In this document: in pieces, positions 1 through 8,045 of the stretch
Numbering within the stretch: the stretch's first letter is position 1
How the letters are laid out: each line of letters begins with the position of its first letter
Source: Pyrobaculum sp.
GTDB taxonomy: Archaea; Thermoproteota; Thermoprotei; Thermoproteales; Thermoproteaceae
NCBI GenBank assembly: GCA_046293555.1
Contig: JBKBOT010000032.1
Coordinates: 1-19,247, forward strand
Reading direction: 5' to 3'
DNA length: 19,247 bases
Made by a program: the position numbers and the translations under genes
The notes under the pieces: generated by a model
What the model was told of the DNA's origin: nothing
Database searches by the model: none
The model's input: the letters and a program-made list of their open reading frames with translations, nothing else

Positions 1-93
1 TGCAAGCTATGCGAAAGAGAAAAATACTGCACCACCCCATGCCCCACACTAACCCAAACCATAGAGCCAAAGATAAGTTTGATGAGATATAGT

Positions 94-107
94 AAAAGTT
101 TTTAAAG
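94..107 (+). promoter_or_regulatory. BRE/TATA promoter of tRNA-Ala
   Basis: AAAAG followed by TTTTTAAAG; the TATA element begins about 27 nt upstream of the tRNA 5' end at 126. Confidence 0.7.
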
Positions 108-125
108 TGAGTATATGACGTCTAC

Positions 126-200
126 GGGCCGGTAGTCTAGCGGAAGGATGCCCGCCTCGCGCGCGGGAGATCCCGGGTTCGAATCCCGGCCGGTCCACCA
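126..200 (+). tRNA. tRNA-Ala (anticodon CGC), intronless, CCA encoded
   Basis: Acceptor stem GGGCCGG/CCGGTCC with the G3:U70 alanine identity pair; anticodon stem CCCGC/GCGGG around loop CT-CGC-GC; T arm CCGGG-TTCGAAT-CCCGG; discriminator A197 and CCA at 198-200. Confidence 0.97.
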
Positions 201-394
201 CCCAAAGGTCTATAGTCGGAAAATATCATAAAGTTAATATAATATGAAAAACATCAAGGAATTTATAAATATTAATATAGTTTACCAATATGTGTAATTA
301 GCTCTTTTTATAACTTTTGTAACGAGGATCTTGTCTGTAGGATATTAGCAGACCTTTGGGAATAAAGAATTTTATCTAGCTCTAAGGGGGTACT

Positions 395-1153
395 ATGGGT
401 GTAGAGGTGTTCCTCTTCGGGGCCTTTCCGTATATATCTCTGTTGTTATTTGTTGGGGGAGTGTTGTGGAGATTTGGCCGGTGGGTTTCGGCTAAAGATG
501 TCACGGGGCTGTACTCGGTGGCGGTGATGTCCTACAGGTGGGGGTTTGGCAGTAGGCTTTCTGAAGTATTAAAGAGGGTGTTTGTACTATATACTCTCTC
601 CACCTCTGATAGGCTGGTGTTAGTGGGGTCTTTTCTCTTTCACTGGGGCATCTGGATAGCGCTTCTCGGCCATCTGTCTATGGTGGTGCCGCCATATCAG
701 TTCGGCATATCTAAGGAACTCCATAAGGCTATTGCGCTATATGTCGGCGGTGCTGCCGGCGCGGCGGCTATGTTTGGAGTGTTGGCTCTCCTTATCAGAA
801 GGCTTATGCGACCTGACGTGAGGAGGCTGAGTTTTCTAGATGACTGGTTTGCCCTAATCCTCCTGGCCGCCATAGTAATTTTGGGCAACATACAGACCTT
901 TGTGATCCACCCAAACTACATGGAGACCGTGTCTCCATGGCTTCAAAACGTCCTCTCGGGCCGCGTGGCTGAGGCGGTGGGCTACATGGCTGAGGCGGAT
1001 GTGGTTACAAAACTCCACGTAACTCTAGCCATGGTGTTTATCGCCTATGTGCCTTTTGGCAAGATGATGCACCCCTTCTCCTTCCTCGCCATGCCCACCT
1101 TGTGGAATAAGCCCACAGAGCTATATGGCAACTCTATATCTAAGAAATTTTAA
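395..1153 (+). CDS. Membrane di-heme cytochrome b, NarI/DsrM (nitrate reductase gamma subunit) family
   Basis: About five hydrophobic helices; heme-ligand His pairs in FHWGIWIALLGH and LHVTLAMVFIAYVPFGKMMH; PY motif near the N-terminus and LxxRR..VR.LS..DD motif typical of the family. Confidence 0.85.
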   Translation: MGVEVFLFGAFPYISLLLFVGGVLWRFGRWVSAKDVTGLYSVAVMSYRWGFGSRLSEVLKRVFVLYTLSTSDRLVLVGSFLFHWGIWIALLGHLSMVVPPYQFGISKELHKAIALYVGGAAGAAAMFGVLALLIRRLMRPDVRRLSFLDDWFALILLAAIVILGNIQTFVIHPNYMETVSPWLQNVLSGRVAEAVGYMAEADVVTKLHVTLAMVFIAYVPFGKMMHPFSFLAMPTLWNKPTELYGNSISKKF

Positions 1154-1562
1154 TTTTTGTGTACCATTTCTGTAGGACATCTATAGATCTCAAAAATTCC
1201 GTTGGGTCCATATTTGACTTACATATACAGGAGATGGCGCCATCTATGTTCTCCACCAGGTAGACCCCGTCGGGGCCTATGCCCGCAAGTAGTGCATAAT
1301 CCCTCTCTGCGACGTATTCCAGATAGGGCCACGTCACTTTCACCACTTTTTTCTCCACACAGTCTGGATGGGCGGTTGTTTTTAGCGCCTCTGCCAGATC
1401 TGGGGCCTCTAGACAACGCGCACCGTCTGTTAGGTAGTTCTCCACAACGTATAGAGTGTCCCATAGCTGCAGCTTCCCTTTTTTCTCTATTTTACACAGC
1501 TTTCCATACCTTTTTAGATATCTTGTTATGGATTTAAAAAATTCTGGAAAAAATATGGACAT
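1140..1562 (-). CDS. Hypothetical protein (140 aa), probably co-transcribed with tusA
   Basis: ATG lies 3 nt after the tusA stop; plausible amino-acid composition; no motif recognised. Confidence 0.7.
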   Translation of the reverse strand: MSIFFPEFFKSITRYLKRYGKLCKIEKKGKLQLWDTLYVVENYLTDGARCLEAPDLAEALKTTAHPDCVEKKVVKVTWPYLEYVAERDYALLAGIGPDGVYLVENIDGAISCICKSNMDPTEFLRSIDVLQKWYTKIKIS

Positions 1563-1565
1563 TAA

Positions 1566-1793
1566 CTATTTTAACCTCTTTACTACTACTCTAATAGTTC
1601 CATCTTTTAGCTTCTCGCTTGATACCACCTCGTGTCCCATCTTTTTTGCCCATGCCTTTATGTCTGGATCCGCTGCGGGGTCTGTGGCCAACACTTCGAG
1701 CGTTTCGCCGACTGGTATCTGTGTTATAGCTTTTGCGGCCTCCATTACAGGAATGGGGCAGAACTTCCCTCTCACATCTAACACTTTTGGCAT
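1566..1793 (-). CDS. tusA: TusA/SirA family sulfur carrier protein
   Basis: 75 aa with LDVRGKFCPIP (CPxP) and GETLEVLATDPAA..DI..W motifs. Confidence 0.92.
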   Translation of the reverse strand: MPKVLDVRGKFCPIPVMEAAKAITQIPVGETLEVLATDPAADPDIKAWAKKMGHEVVSSEKLKDGTIRVVVKRLK

Positions 1794-1847
1794 AGATAGT
1801 CAGTTTATAGATACAAAAAAATTTTATTACTGACTCCAGGTGGATAT

Positions 1848-2339
1848 GTGCGGCTTTCCCTCTGTAGGACAAAATCGCTCCTGGACTACAGGCCGGTTGT
1901 TTTTCTAGACGGCGAGGGATATGTAGAGCTGGTCTCTACAGACGGGCGGCGTGTGGTAGCCAGGGTGATGAAAGGGCCTTGTGTGGGAGTCTCCAGAGAG
2001 GTGGCCTACCTCCTCTACCCATACTACGGCTGGGATATCTTAGATATAGACGCCGAGTTTTCAATACGGGAGGTAAACCCGCCGGAGGCCGCCAGGGTGG
2101 TGATGAAAGTGCCCTTTGGAATTGGCGAGGCGGTAGTCAGGAGGCAGCTAGCCGGCTTCCCCATATACGAGGGCACCGTGGCTCTAGAGTATTTAGAACA
2201 TGTGGAATTTGGCGAGGTGGCACACGTGGAGCCGCGCCCCTTCTCCATACTGACAGACAACACAAGGCTTAGGCTGGTGGAGACGCCGGTAGAGGATACA
2301 GACGTCGTCTTCGCACAGCGTAGGCGCCCCCAGTTTTAG
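1848..2339 (+). CDS. Stand-alone Cdc48/VAT N-domain-like protein without an AAA module
   Basis: Segments YVELVSTDGRRVVARV, EAARVVM, VRRQLAGFPIYEG and VAHVEPRPFSILTDNTRLRLVETPVE match by eye the two N-subdomains of archaeal Cdc48. No Walker A/B motifs. The ORF is secure; the family call is inferred. Confidence 0.6.
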   Translation: MRLSLCRTKSLLDYRPVVFLDGEGYVELVSTDGRRVVARVMKGPCVGVSREVAYLLYPYYGWDILDIDAEFSIREVNPPEAARVVMKVPFGIGEAVVRRQLAGFPIYEGTVALEYLEHVEFGEVAHVEPRPFSILTDNTRLRLVETPVEDTDVVFAQRRRPQF

Positions 2340-2358
2340 AAAGCTACATCTGAGAAAG

Positions 2359-3796
2359 TTAGCCAACTTTAATGTTTATCATCCCCCCATCTTCGTGTTC
2401 CAGGTTGTGGCAGTGAAATGGGAAGAGTTGAGGCTCTACAAATATGTCAAACTCCACTGCCACCACCACAGTCTCCCCGGGCCAGACCAATACCGTGTCT
2501 TTCAGCCCTAGGTCTGTAGGTAGCCTCCCCCGTCTGTCTACAGCTCTTTCAGCCAACCTGTGGTGGGCTGTTTCGCCTCTCTAACACCCACATGGGGAGG
2601 CCGTGGAGGTGCATGGGGTGGGGCATGGAGTTTACGTCATTTGTTATCTCCCACACCTCTACAGAGCCCGCCCCCGCCGCCACGTGTGGCCTCAATGGGT
2701 TTGTCCAAAACATCCCATTTATTGTCCACCGCATCCCACGGAGGGCGAGGACAAATCTTCTCCTTGTATCTACTCCAGCAGGTGGAGGGGGCTCTGAGAG
2801 CTCCGGCTCTATAAACTCGCCTTTTTCTCCAGAGACCTTAATTACCGCAATTTTGTATTCAGCCCCCTCCCCTAAGATTGGTCGCATGCCGCCGTGGGGC
2901 ATTCCTCCCATGGGCATCCCACCCATTTCTAGATGCATGGGGTCAAAGGCCAGGTTTTTTAGGACATACGTGCCGGGCCTTAGGTCTACTACCACCTCCA
3001 CTCTTTCGGCTGGGGCGAGGAATATGGCCTTGGCCTCAACTATCCTCTCCACGGCGCCTTGGTCTGTGGCCACTACCTTAAGCGGCGTAAGTCCCCGGGG
3101 GCCCTCTAGCGCTAGGTTGTATAGCCGCGCGTTTGAGGCGTTGACTAGCCTAAGTTTATAAGTCCCCTGGGGCATTGAGAAGGTGGGCATAACTGCCCCG
3201 TTGACCAACACGGTGTCTCCCAAAAAGCCTGTCACCATGTCCATATGGGTAGCCGCATAGGCCGGCCTCCCCTCGAGTAGGAACTTGTCTGAAATAACTA
3301 GGGGCACGTCGTTTATGCCGTATTTAAACGGCGACTTGTCCTCTATAATAACCAGCCCGGCTTGTCCCATATAAAACTGTTTTGCGGTCAGTCCGTGGGG
3401 GTGTGGGTGGTATGTGGCCGGCCTATTGGCTACCTTGAACTAAAAGCCGCCGGGGGGCACGGCAAAATAGGGGTGGGCGTCGTTACGCCAGTTTACTTTA
3501 AAGCCGTGCCAGTGGACTATAGTCTCTTCTCTCAGCTTATTTCTCAACAAGATGTCTACCTCCTCGCCCTTTTTTAACATTATGGTGGGGTTTAACGCCC
3601 CCGACACGAGATACCCCTCTTCAGTGGCCACAATTTCTCTCACGTCTCTTACCGCCTTAGGCACTGTCGCCACTTTGGGTTGTGTCACGACGCCGGCTTC
3701 TCTAGCTACAAGCTCTAGGATGGGCCTAGAGAGAGGCAACACCGCGGCCCCTAGTGCTGTAGCCCCTAGGCCAATTAGGAGTTTTCTCCTAAGCAT
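2359..3796 (-). pseudogene. Multicopper oxidase (McoP/CueO-like), disrupted by an in-frame TAG and a +1 frameshift
   Basis: Tat-like signal MLRRKLL; all four copper motifs present (HWHG, YHPHPH, HPMHLHG, HCHNLEHEDGGM). ORFs 3440..3796 and 2549..3370 share a frame, separated by TAG at 3442-3440 (reads PPGGF*FKVANRPATYHPHPHGLTAKQFYMGQ). One extra base near 2553-2556 (minus strand CAG-GT[T]G-GCT-GAA) shifts off the C-terminus. Confidence 0.9.
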
Positions 3797-3830
3797 AAGA
3801 CATGGGTATATTCTAGATTTTTAGATCACG

Positions 3831-3846
3831 TGTAACATAAGTTTCA
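3831..3846. promoter_or_regulatory. Palindromic candidate operator TGTAAC-ATAA-GTTTCA between the oxidase and wHTH genes
   Basis: Near-perfect inverted repeat (TGWAAC-N4-GTTWCA) lying just upstream of the TATA-like elements of both divergent genes. Confidence 0.6.
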
Positions 3847-3853
3847 TTTTTCT

Positions 3854-3868
3854 GAAAAAGTTTTAAGA
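3854..3868 (+). promoter_or_regulatory. BRE/TATA of the membrane-anchored wHTH gene
   Basis: GAAAAAG-TTTTAAG; TATA starts 26 nt before the GTG at 3887, consistent with a leaderless transcript. Confidence 0.65.
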
Positions 3869-3886
3869 TAGCAAACCTATCTACTT

Positions 3887-4297
3887 GTGAAGTTGGTTAT
3901 ATATATCACCTTTGCAGTGGCGTTGGCATTTCTCCTGGATTATATACATGTAATGACCATGGCGTCTATGCACCCAAGCTCTACCATACCATATCCCACG
4001 CCTATGTTATATATCTTTTTACTTTTTACTTCTATAATTGTCTATTTATTATTGAGGCCGAGACAGGGGCGGGTCGAGAAGGTTGTTGACCAGCTACTTA
4101 GAGAGCCAGACAGATCAATTTATCTAAAGATCTACGAGAGGGGAGAGGTCTCTGTGGCTGAGGTAGCTAAAGAGCTGGGGCTTAACAAGGTGAAAGCTTG
4201 GCGGGCTGCCCAGAGGCTAAAGGACAGGGGGCTTATTGACTTAGAGAAGAAAGCCGGCCGGCTGGTTGCTAGGCTGAGGACCGCCAAGGGGCAATAA
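3887..4297 (+). CDS. Membrane-anchored winged-HTH transcriptional regulator (2 TM, Met/His-rich loop)
   Basis: Two hydrophobic segments (about aa 3-17 and 40-56) flank DYIHVMTMASMHPS; the C-terminal LREPDRSIYLKI..VSVAEVAKELGLNKVKAWRAAQRLKDRGLI is a MarR/TrmB-like wHTH pattern. Confidence 0.8.
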   Translation: MKLVIYITFAVALAFLLDYIHVMTMASMHPSSTIPYPTPMLYIFLLFTSIIVYLLLRPRQGRVEKVVDQLLREPDRSIYLKIYERGEVSVAEVAKELGLNKVKAWRAAQRLKDRGLIDLEKKAGRLVARLRTAKGQ

Positions 4298-4573
4298 AAC
4301 GTTTATGGAGACCTCACCAATGCGGGGGCTGTGTTCTATTCATTGGGGGAGTTTATGGTCATAATATATCATTCGTTCTGTTACACCTTTGGGGGTTATG
4401 GGAGCTATGCCCCAAGCCCCCTTGTGCTTAAGATAGGTGGAAGCCCCGTGCTGTTGGGCTCCGCCGCCACCCACGACACCACGGGAGGTAGAAAACTCCC
4501 GTGGGGGAGGCAGAAGTCCCTAAGACGTGAATGAATATAAACTATTAACGTCTGGGGACAAACGGCTGTATAT

Positions 4574-5275
4574 GTGGGTGAGATGGTAGGCCGTAGGAAA
4601 GCCTTGACTTTTTTAATCTCGACGGCTTTTCTCTACGGCGGCGTAGGCGCTTTGTCTGTAGGGGAGGAGCTGACCGTGTTAGAGATGGGGGTAGGGAGGA
4701 GGCTTTTATTTCTCACAGACATACATGGCGTGTTTAAGCCGCCGGCGGTGGAGTACGACGTGGTGTTAATCGGCGGTGATACCTACGACGAGTGGACTCC
4801 CGACCTCGGGCCCGTTGTGGAGTCTCTCTCAAAGCTGAGGGGCCCGAAAATAGCCGTGTTGGGAAACCATGAGCATTGGACAAAGAGGATTTCCATCAGG
4901 GTAGGCATCAAGGCGTTGGAGGAGGCTGGGGTACATGTGTTGGTAGACGACTGGACTTCTGCAGGCGGCTTGAAGGTATTTGGGCTAGCCTGGAGGGAAG
5001 ACCCGAGGACATACCCGCCCGTGAGAGATGCAGACATTGTGCTGGCCCATTCGCCAGACGCCTTTCACAACGCGGTGGGGGGCCTATACCTTACCGGCCA
5101 CACACACGGGGGCCAGTTTTGCCTACCCAAAGACATAGCTGTGTTTACCAACAGCATTTATGGCTACACGTGGGGGCTTTACAGAAGGGGGGACGCCGTT
5201 ATGTACACCTCGCGGGGCGTGGGCGAGATGTGGCCACGGGTTTTTTGTAGTAGAGAATACCTGTTGGTAACCTAG
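4574..5275 (+). CDS. Calcineurin-like metallophosphoesterase (YkuE-like) with possible Tat signal; alternative start ATG 4583
   Basis: TDIH, GGD, LGNHE, LAHSP and GHTHGGQ motifs; N-terminal GRRKALTFL followed by a hydrophobic stretch; GGTGA Shine-Dalgarno-like sequence before ATG 4583. Confidence 0.88.
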   Translation: MGEMVGRRKALTFLISTAFLYGGVGALSVGEELTVLEMGVGRRLLFLTDIHGVFKPPAVEYDVVLIGGDTYDEWTPDLGPVVESLSKLRGPKIAVLGNHEHWTKRISIRVGIKALEEAGVHVLVDDWTSAGGLKVFGLAWREDPRTYPPVRDADIVLAHSPDAFHNAVGGLYLTGHTHGGQFCLPKDIAVFTNSIYGYTWGLYRRGDAVMYTSRGVGEMWPRVFCSREYLLVT

Positions 5276-5277
5276 CC

Positions 5278-6132
5278 GTGGCCAGAGCCGTAGTGTTGGC
5301 GGGGGGGAGGGGCGGCAGGATGGGAAACCCAGAGAAGTGTCTCCTGCCTTTGGGCGGGGTCCCCCTCCTCTTCCGCGTGACTGGCGCCCTGCAGTGGGCT
5401 GGCTTTGGCGAGATTGTGGTGGCAACCACAAGGGGCCACCCCGGCGTGGCGTGGGCCGCCACGACGTGGGGGCTCAGGGTGATTTACACCCCAGGCCTCG
5501 GGTATGAGGCGGACCTCGCCTTTTTGGCCAGCCGCCTGGCCCCGGCGCTTTTTGTCGCATGCGATCTGGCAGACCTTGCGCCTAGCCACATAACGCCGTT
5601 GGTGGAGAAAGAAGTCATGGCCACAGCCACCTCGGGAGGCAAATACGTGGGTCTCACATGGGTGCCGGGGGGGCTAGACAGGTGGACCGAGGTGGAGGTA
5701 GGCTCCCTCATAAATATAAACACGTGGGAAGATTGGCATATGGCAGAGGAGGAGCTGCCCCCCGCCTATCCTCTAGTGGTTGAGACAAACGGCCTCCTCC
5801 CGCATGAGCAGACTCTCGGCTTGGCTGAGCTAGACGTGATAAGCCCCGTTGCCGTCGACGTCTGGACTTGTACCGTGCTCGACGGCCACCACAGGCTGGA
5901 AGCCCTTCGGCGGGCGGGAGCCCCCGCGCCCGTTCTCCCCTTAGACTACCGCGTCGTAGATGTGAACTTGGGAAAGCTGGAGGTGATGTGGCGGGCTGCA
6001 GCCGGGCTGCCCTACCCGCCGAAATCCACCTGGCACACCTATAGGGGCAGACATGTGAGCCACATACCGACAGTCCCCGTGGCTGTTGGGGAACTACATA
6101 GGGTGAAGCCCCTGCGGTGTGAGGCCATATGA
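5278..6132 (+). CDS. Fusion of a CobY/MobA-like nucleotidyltransferase with a C-terminal ParB/Srx-fold (SerK-like) domain
   Basis: N-terminal half: LAGGRGGRM..EK, TPGLGYEADL, ACDL, NINTWED. C-terminal half: LLPHEQ, VLDGHHRLEAL, LDY, PPKSTWH. One uninterrupted ORF. Confidence 0.85.
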   Translation: MARAVVLAGGRGGRMGNPEKCLLPLGGVPLLFRVTGALQWAGFGEIVVATTRGHPGVAWAATTWGLRVIYTPGLGYEADLAFLASRLAPALFVACDLADLAPSHITPLVEKEVMATATSGGKYVGLTWVPGGLDRWTEVEVGSLININTWEDWHMAEEELPPAYPLVVETNGLLPHEQTLGLAELDVISPVAVDVWTCTVLDGHHRLEALRRAGAPAPVLPLDYRVVDVNLGKLEVMWRAAAGLPYPPKSTWHTYRGRHVSHIPTVPVAVGELHRVKPLRCEAI

Positions 6133-7034
6133 AGGTCCTGCTGTTTGGGGGGCTGGGGTTTATAGGCGCCAACGTGACAGAGGCGCTGGGGGAGGCTGGC
6201 CACGAGGTCTATATAGCCCACAGACCTGGGTCGCCGGCGAGAAAGCCCGCCATAGCGGAGTTCGTGAGGCGATATGCCCACCTTGTGGAGTACATAGATC
6301 CAAGGCTCCCGTTGGAGCGCGTCAGACCAGACGCCGTAGTGAACCTAGTGGGGGAATACTTCGGCCCAGATAGAGCGATTAGGGAGGCCAATCTGGAGTT
6401 TCCCCGCCGCCTCTGCGAGGCGGCGGCGGGCTGGCGGGGGAAGGTTATCCACATCTCTGCCGCCACCGTGCGGGGGCCTGTGGGGGAGGTGATTAGAGAG
6501 GAGGAGAGACACCTGGAGGGCATCTCTCCCGTCACCAGTTTTGACAGATATAAGGCGGAGGGGGAGCGGACGGTGGCCAGATGTTTCGGCGACTGGGTTG
6601 TCATAAGGCCTGTGTTGGTCTACGGCCGTTTTAACGACCACCCAGAGTGGGTGACGTTAGTTAAGGCCATATCTAGAGGGGTGGCGCCTTTAATGAGGTC
6701 AAAACTCTCCGTGATTTCAGCTAGGGAGCTTGCAAAAGCCGTGAGGGCCTCCCTGTCGCTCTCGAAAGAGTTTTTCTTCGCCACGGAGTGTGAACCCAGG
6801 CCGTTTTCCCACTTCGCCACGGCTGTAGCCAAGGCGCTGGGGAGGAGGCCCCTCCCCGTGCCGGTCCCCACCTTTCTGCTAGGGCTGGCGGCCAGAGAGC
6901 TGAGGGGACATCTCCCCTTTCTGGGGAGGGCCTTTAGCTGCGAGAAGATGCGAAAACTTCTGGGGTGGACGCCGGCGCCAGATTTCGAGAGAGAGGTGGC
7001 AGAAATGACGTATTACATAACACATAAAGCTTAG
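6129..7034 (+). CDS. NAD-dependent epimerase/dehydratase (extended SDR)
   Basis: GGLGFIG Rossmann motif, PDAVVNL, IHISAA, IRPVLVYG; ATGA overlap with the upstream gene. The active-site motif reads FDRYK rather than YxxxK. Confidence 0.88.
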   Translation: MKVLLFGGLGFIGANVTEALGEAGHEVYIAHRPGSPARKPAIAEFVRRYAHLVEYIDPRLPLERVRPDAVVNLVGEYFGPDRAIREANLEFPRRLCEAAAGWRGKVIHISAATVRGPVGEVIREEERHLEGISPVTSFDRYKAEGERTVARCFGDWVVIRPVLVYGRFNDHPEWVTLVKAISRGVAPLMRSKLSVISARELAKAVRASLSLSKEFFFATECEPRPFSHFATAVAKALGRRPLPVPVPTFLLGLAARELRGHLPFLGRAFSCEKMRKLLGWTPAPDFEREVAEMTYYITHKA

Positions 7035-7265
7035 TACTTGTGGTTGTTCTAGGTGCCAGCCGCATTGGACAATACGGCGTGGCCACAACGTCGCAATGTG
7101 AGGCCGAGGGTTTTAGATCTCTTTACGGCAAAGTGGCTGTAGAAGATACCCAACTGGCTGAAAAGCTCGGCGTCTTACTAGAGAGGTGGCGGTCAGTTGT
7201 TAAAACACGTTTGGATAAGTGACTTATCTGGGGGCAATTTTATATATATAGTTCGAGTTTATGTC

Positions 7266-8045
7266 ATGGAGCTAAAGATAGGCCGGGCGATAACTAGACA
7301 CGGCCTAGAGGACCTATATGAATACAGCGATGTGGATGTGGCTATAGTTGGCGCAGGTCCCTCTGGCCTAACTGCAGCCAGATATCTGGCGGAGAGGGGG
7401 CTTAAGGTTGTGGTGTATGAGAGGAGGTTTTCTTTTGGCGGCGGCATCGGGCCTGGGGGCAACATGATTCCCAAAATTGTGATTCAGGAAGAGGCCCTCC
7501 CCATATTGAAGGACTTCAGGGTGAGATACAGGCCGGCGTCAGATGGGCTATATACCGTAGACCCGGCAGAGCTAATAGCAAAGCTGGCAGCTGGCGCCAT
7601 AGACGCCGGGGCTAAGATAATTCTGGGCGTCCACGTAGACGACGTGATTTTTAGAGGAGACCCCCCAAGGGTGGTAGGCCTTCTGTGGATCTGGACCCCC
7701 ATACAGATGTCCGGCATGCATGTAGACCCGCTATATACACAAGCCAGGGCCGTCATAGACGCCACCGGCCACGACGCCGAGGTTATCTCCATAGCCGCCA
7801 GAAAGGTGCCGGAGTTGGGCATACAGCTGGCGGGAGAGAAGTCGGCGTGGTCTGAAGTTTCCGAAAAGCTGGTGGTAGAACATACGGGCAAGGTTGCGCC
7901 TGGGCTGTATGTAACCGGCATTGCCGTCTGTGCCGTCTACGGCCTCCCCAGGATGGGGCCAATCTTTGGCGGCATGTTGATGTCGGGGAGAAAAATTGCG
8001 GAAATTGTGGCTAAAGACCTAAAGGCGGAGGCGTATGCCCTTTGA
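7266..8045 (+). CDS. thi4: Sulfide-dependent ADP-thiazole synthase Thi4 (start reassigned to ATG 7266)
   Basis: [21 protein letters not shown] (His where the yeast suicide enzyme has Cys), [26 protein letters not shown]-like TTTTATATA at about 7238 supports a start at 7266 rather than 7197. Confidence 0.95.
   Translation: MELKIGRAITRHGLEDLYEYSDVDVAIVGAGPSGLTAARYLAERGLKVVVYERRFSFGGGIGPGGNMIPKIVIQEEALPILKDFRVRYRPASDGLYTVDPAELIAKLAAGAIDAGAKIILGVHVDDVIFRGDPPRVVGLLWIWTPIQMSGMHVDPLYTQARAVIDATGHDAEVISIAARKVPELGIQLAGEKSAWSEVSEKLVVEHTGKVAPGLYVTGIAVCAVYGLPRMGPIFGGMLMSGRKIAEIVAKDLKAEAYAL

Noticed and set aside
79-125. TGATGA as a C box of a C/D sRNA
   Set aside because: No matching CTGA D box at a suitable distance; the region is explained by the tRNA promoter.
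126-394. tRNA-Ala as an integration (att) site, given the AT-rich sequence after it
   Set aside because: I saw no integrase and no repeat of the tRNA 3' end in the window; the flanking genes look chromosomal.
3440-3442. In-frame TAG as a pyrrolysine or read-through codon
   Set aside because: The same gene carries a frameshift and apparent deletions, and pyrrolysine is not known in Thermoproteales.
4331-4534. 67-aa ORF between the wHTH and phosphoesterase genes
   Set aside because: No recognisable motif or clear promoter; it may be a gene remnant but I cannot support a call.
5301-5307. G7 runs (also 8213-8219 and 9864-9870) as phase-variation switches
   Set aside because: All are in frame within Gly-rich codons, and there is no evidence of variation from a single sequence.
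7040-7222. 60-aa ORF upstream of thi4
   Set aside because: No motif recognised; could be a fragment or spurious.
7197-7265. N-terminal extension of Thi4 in the ORF track
   Set aside because: It spans the TATA box; family similarity begins at ATG 7266.
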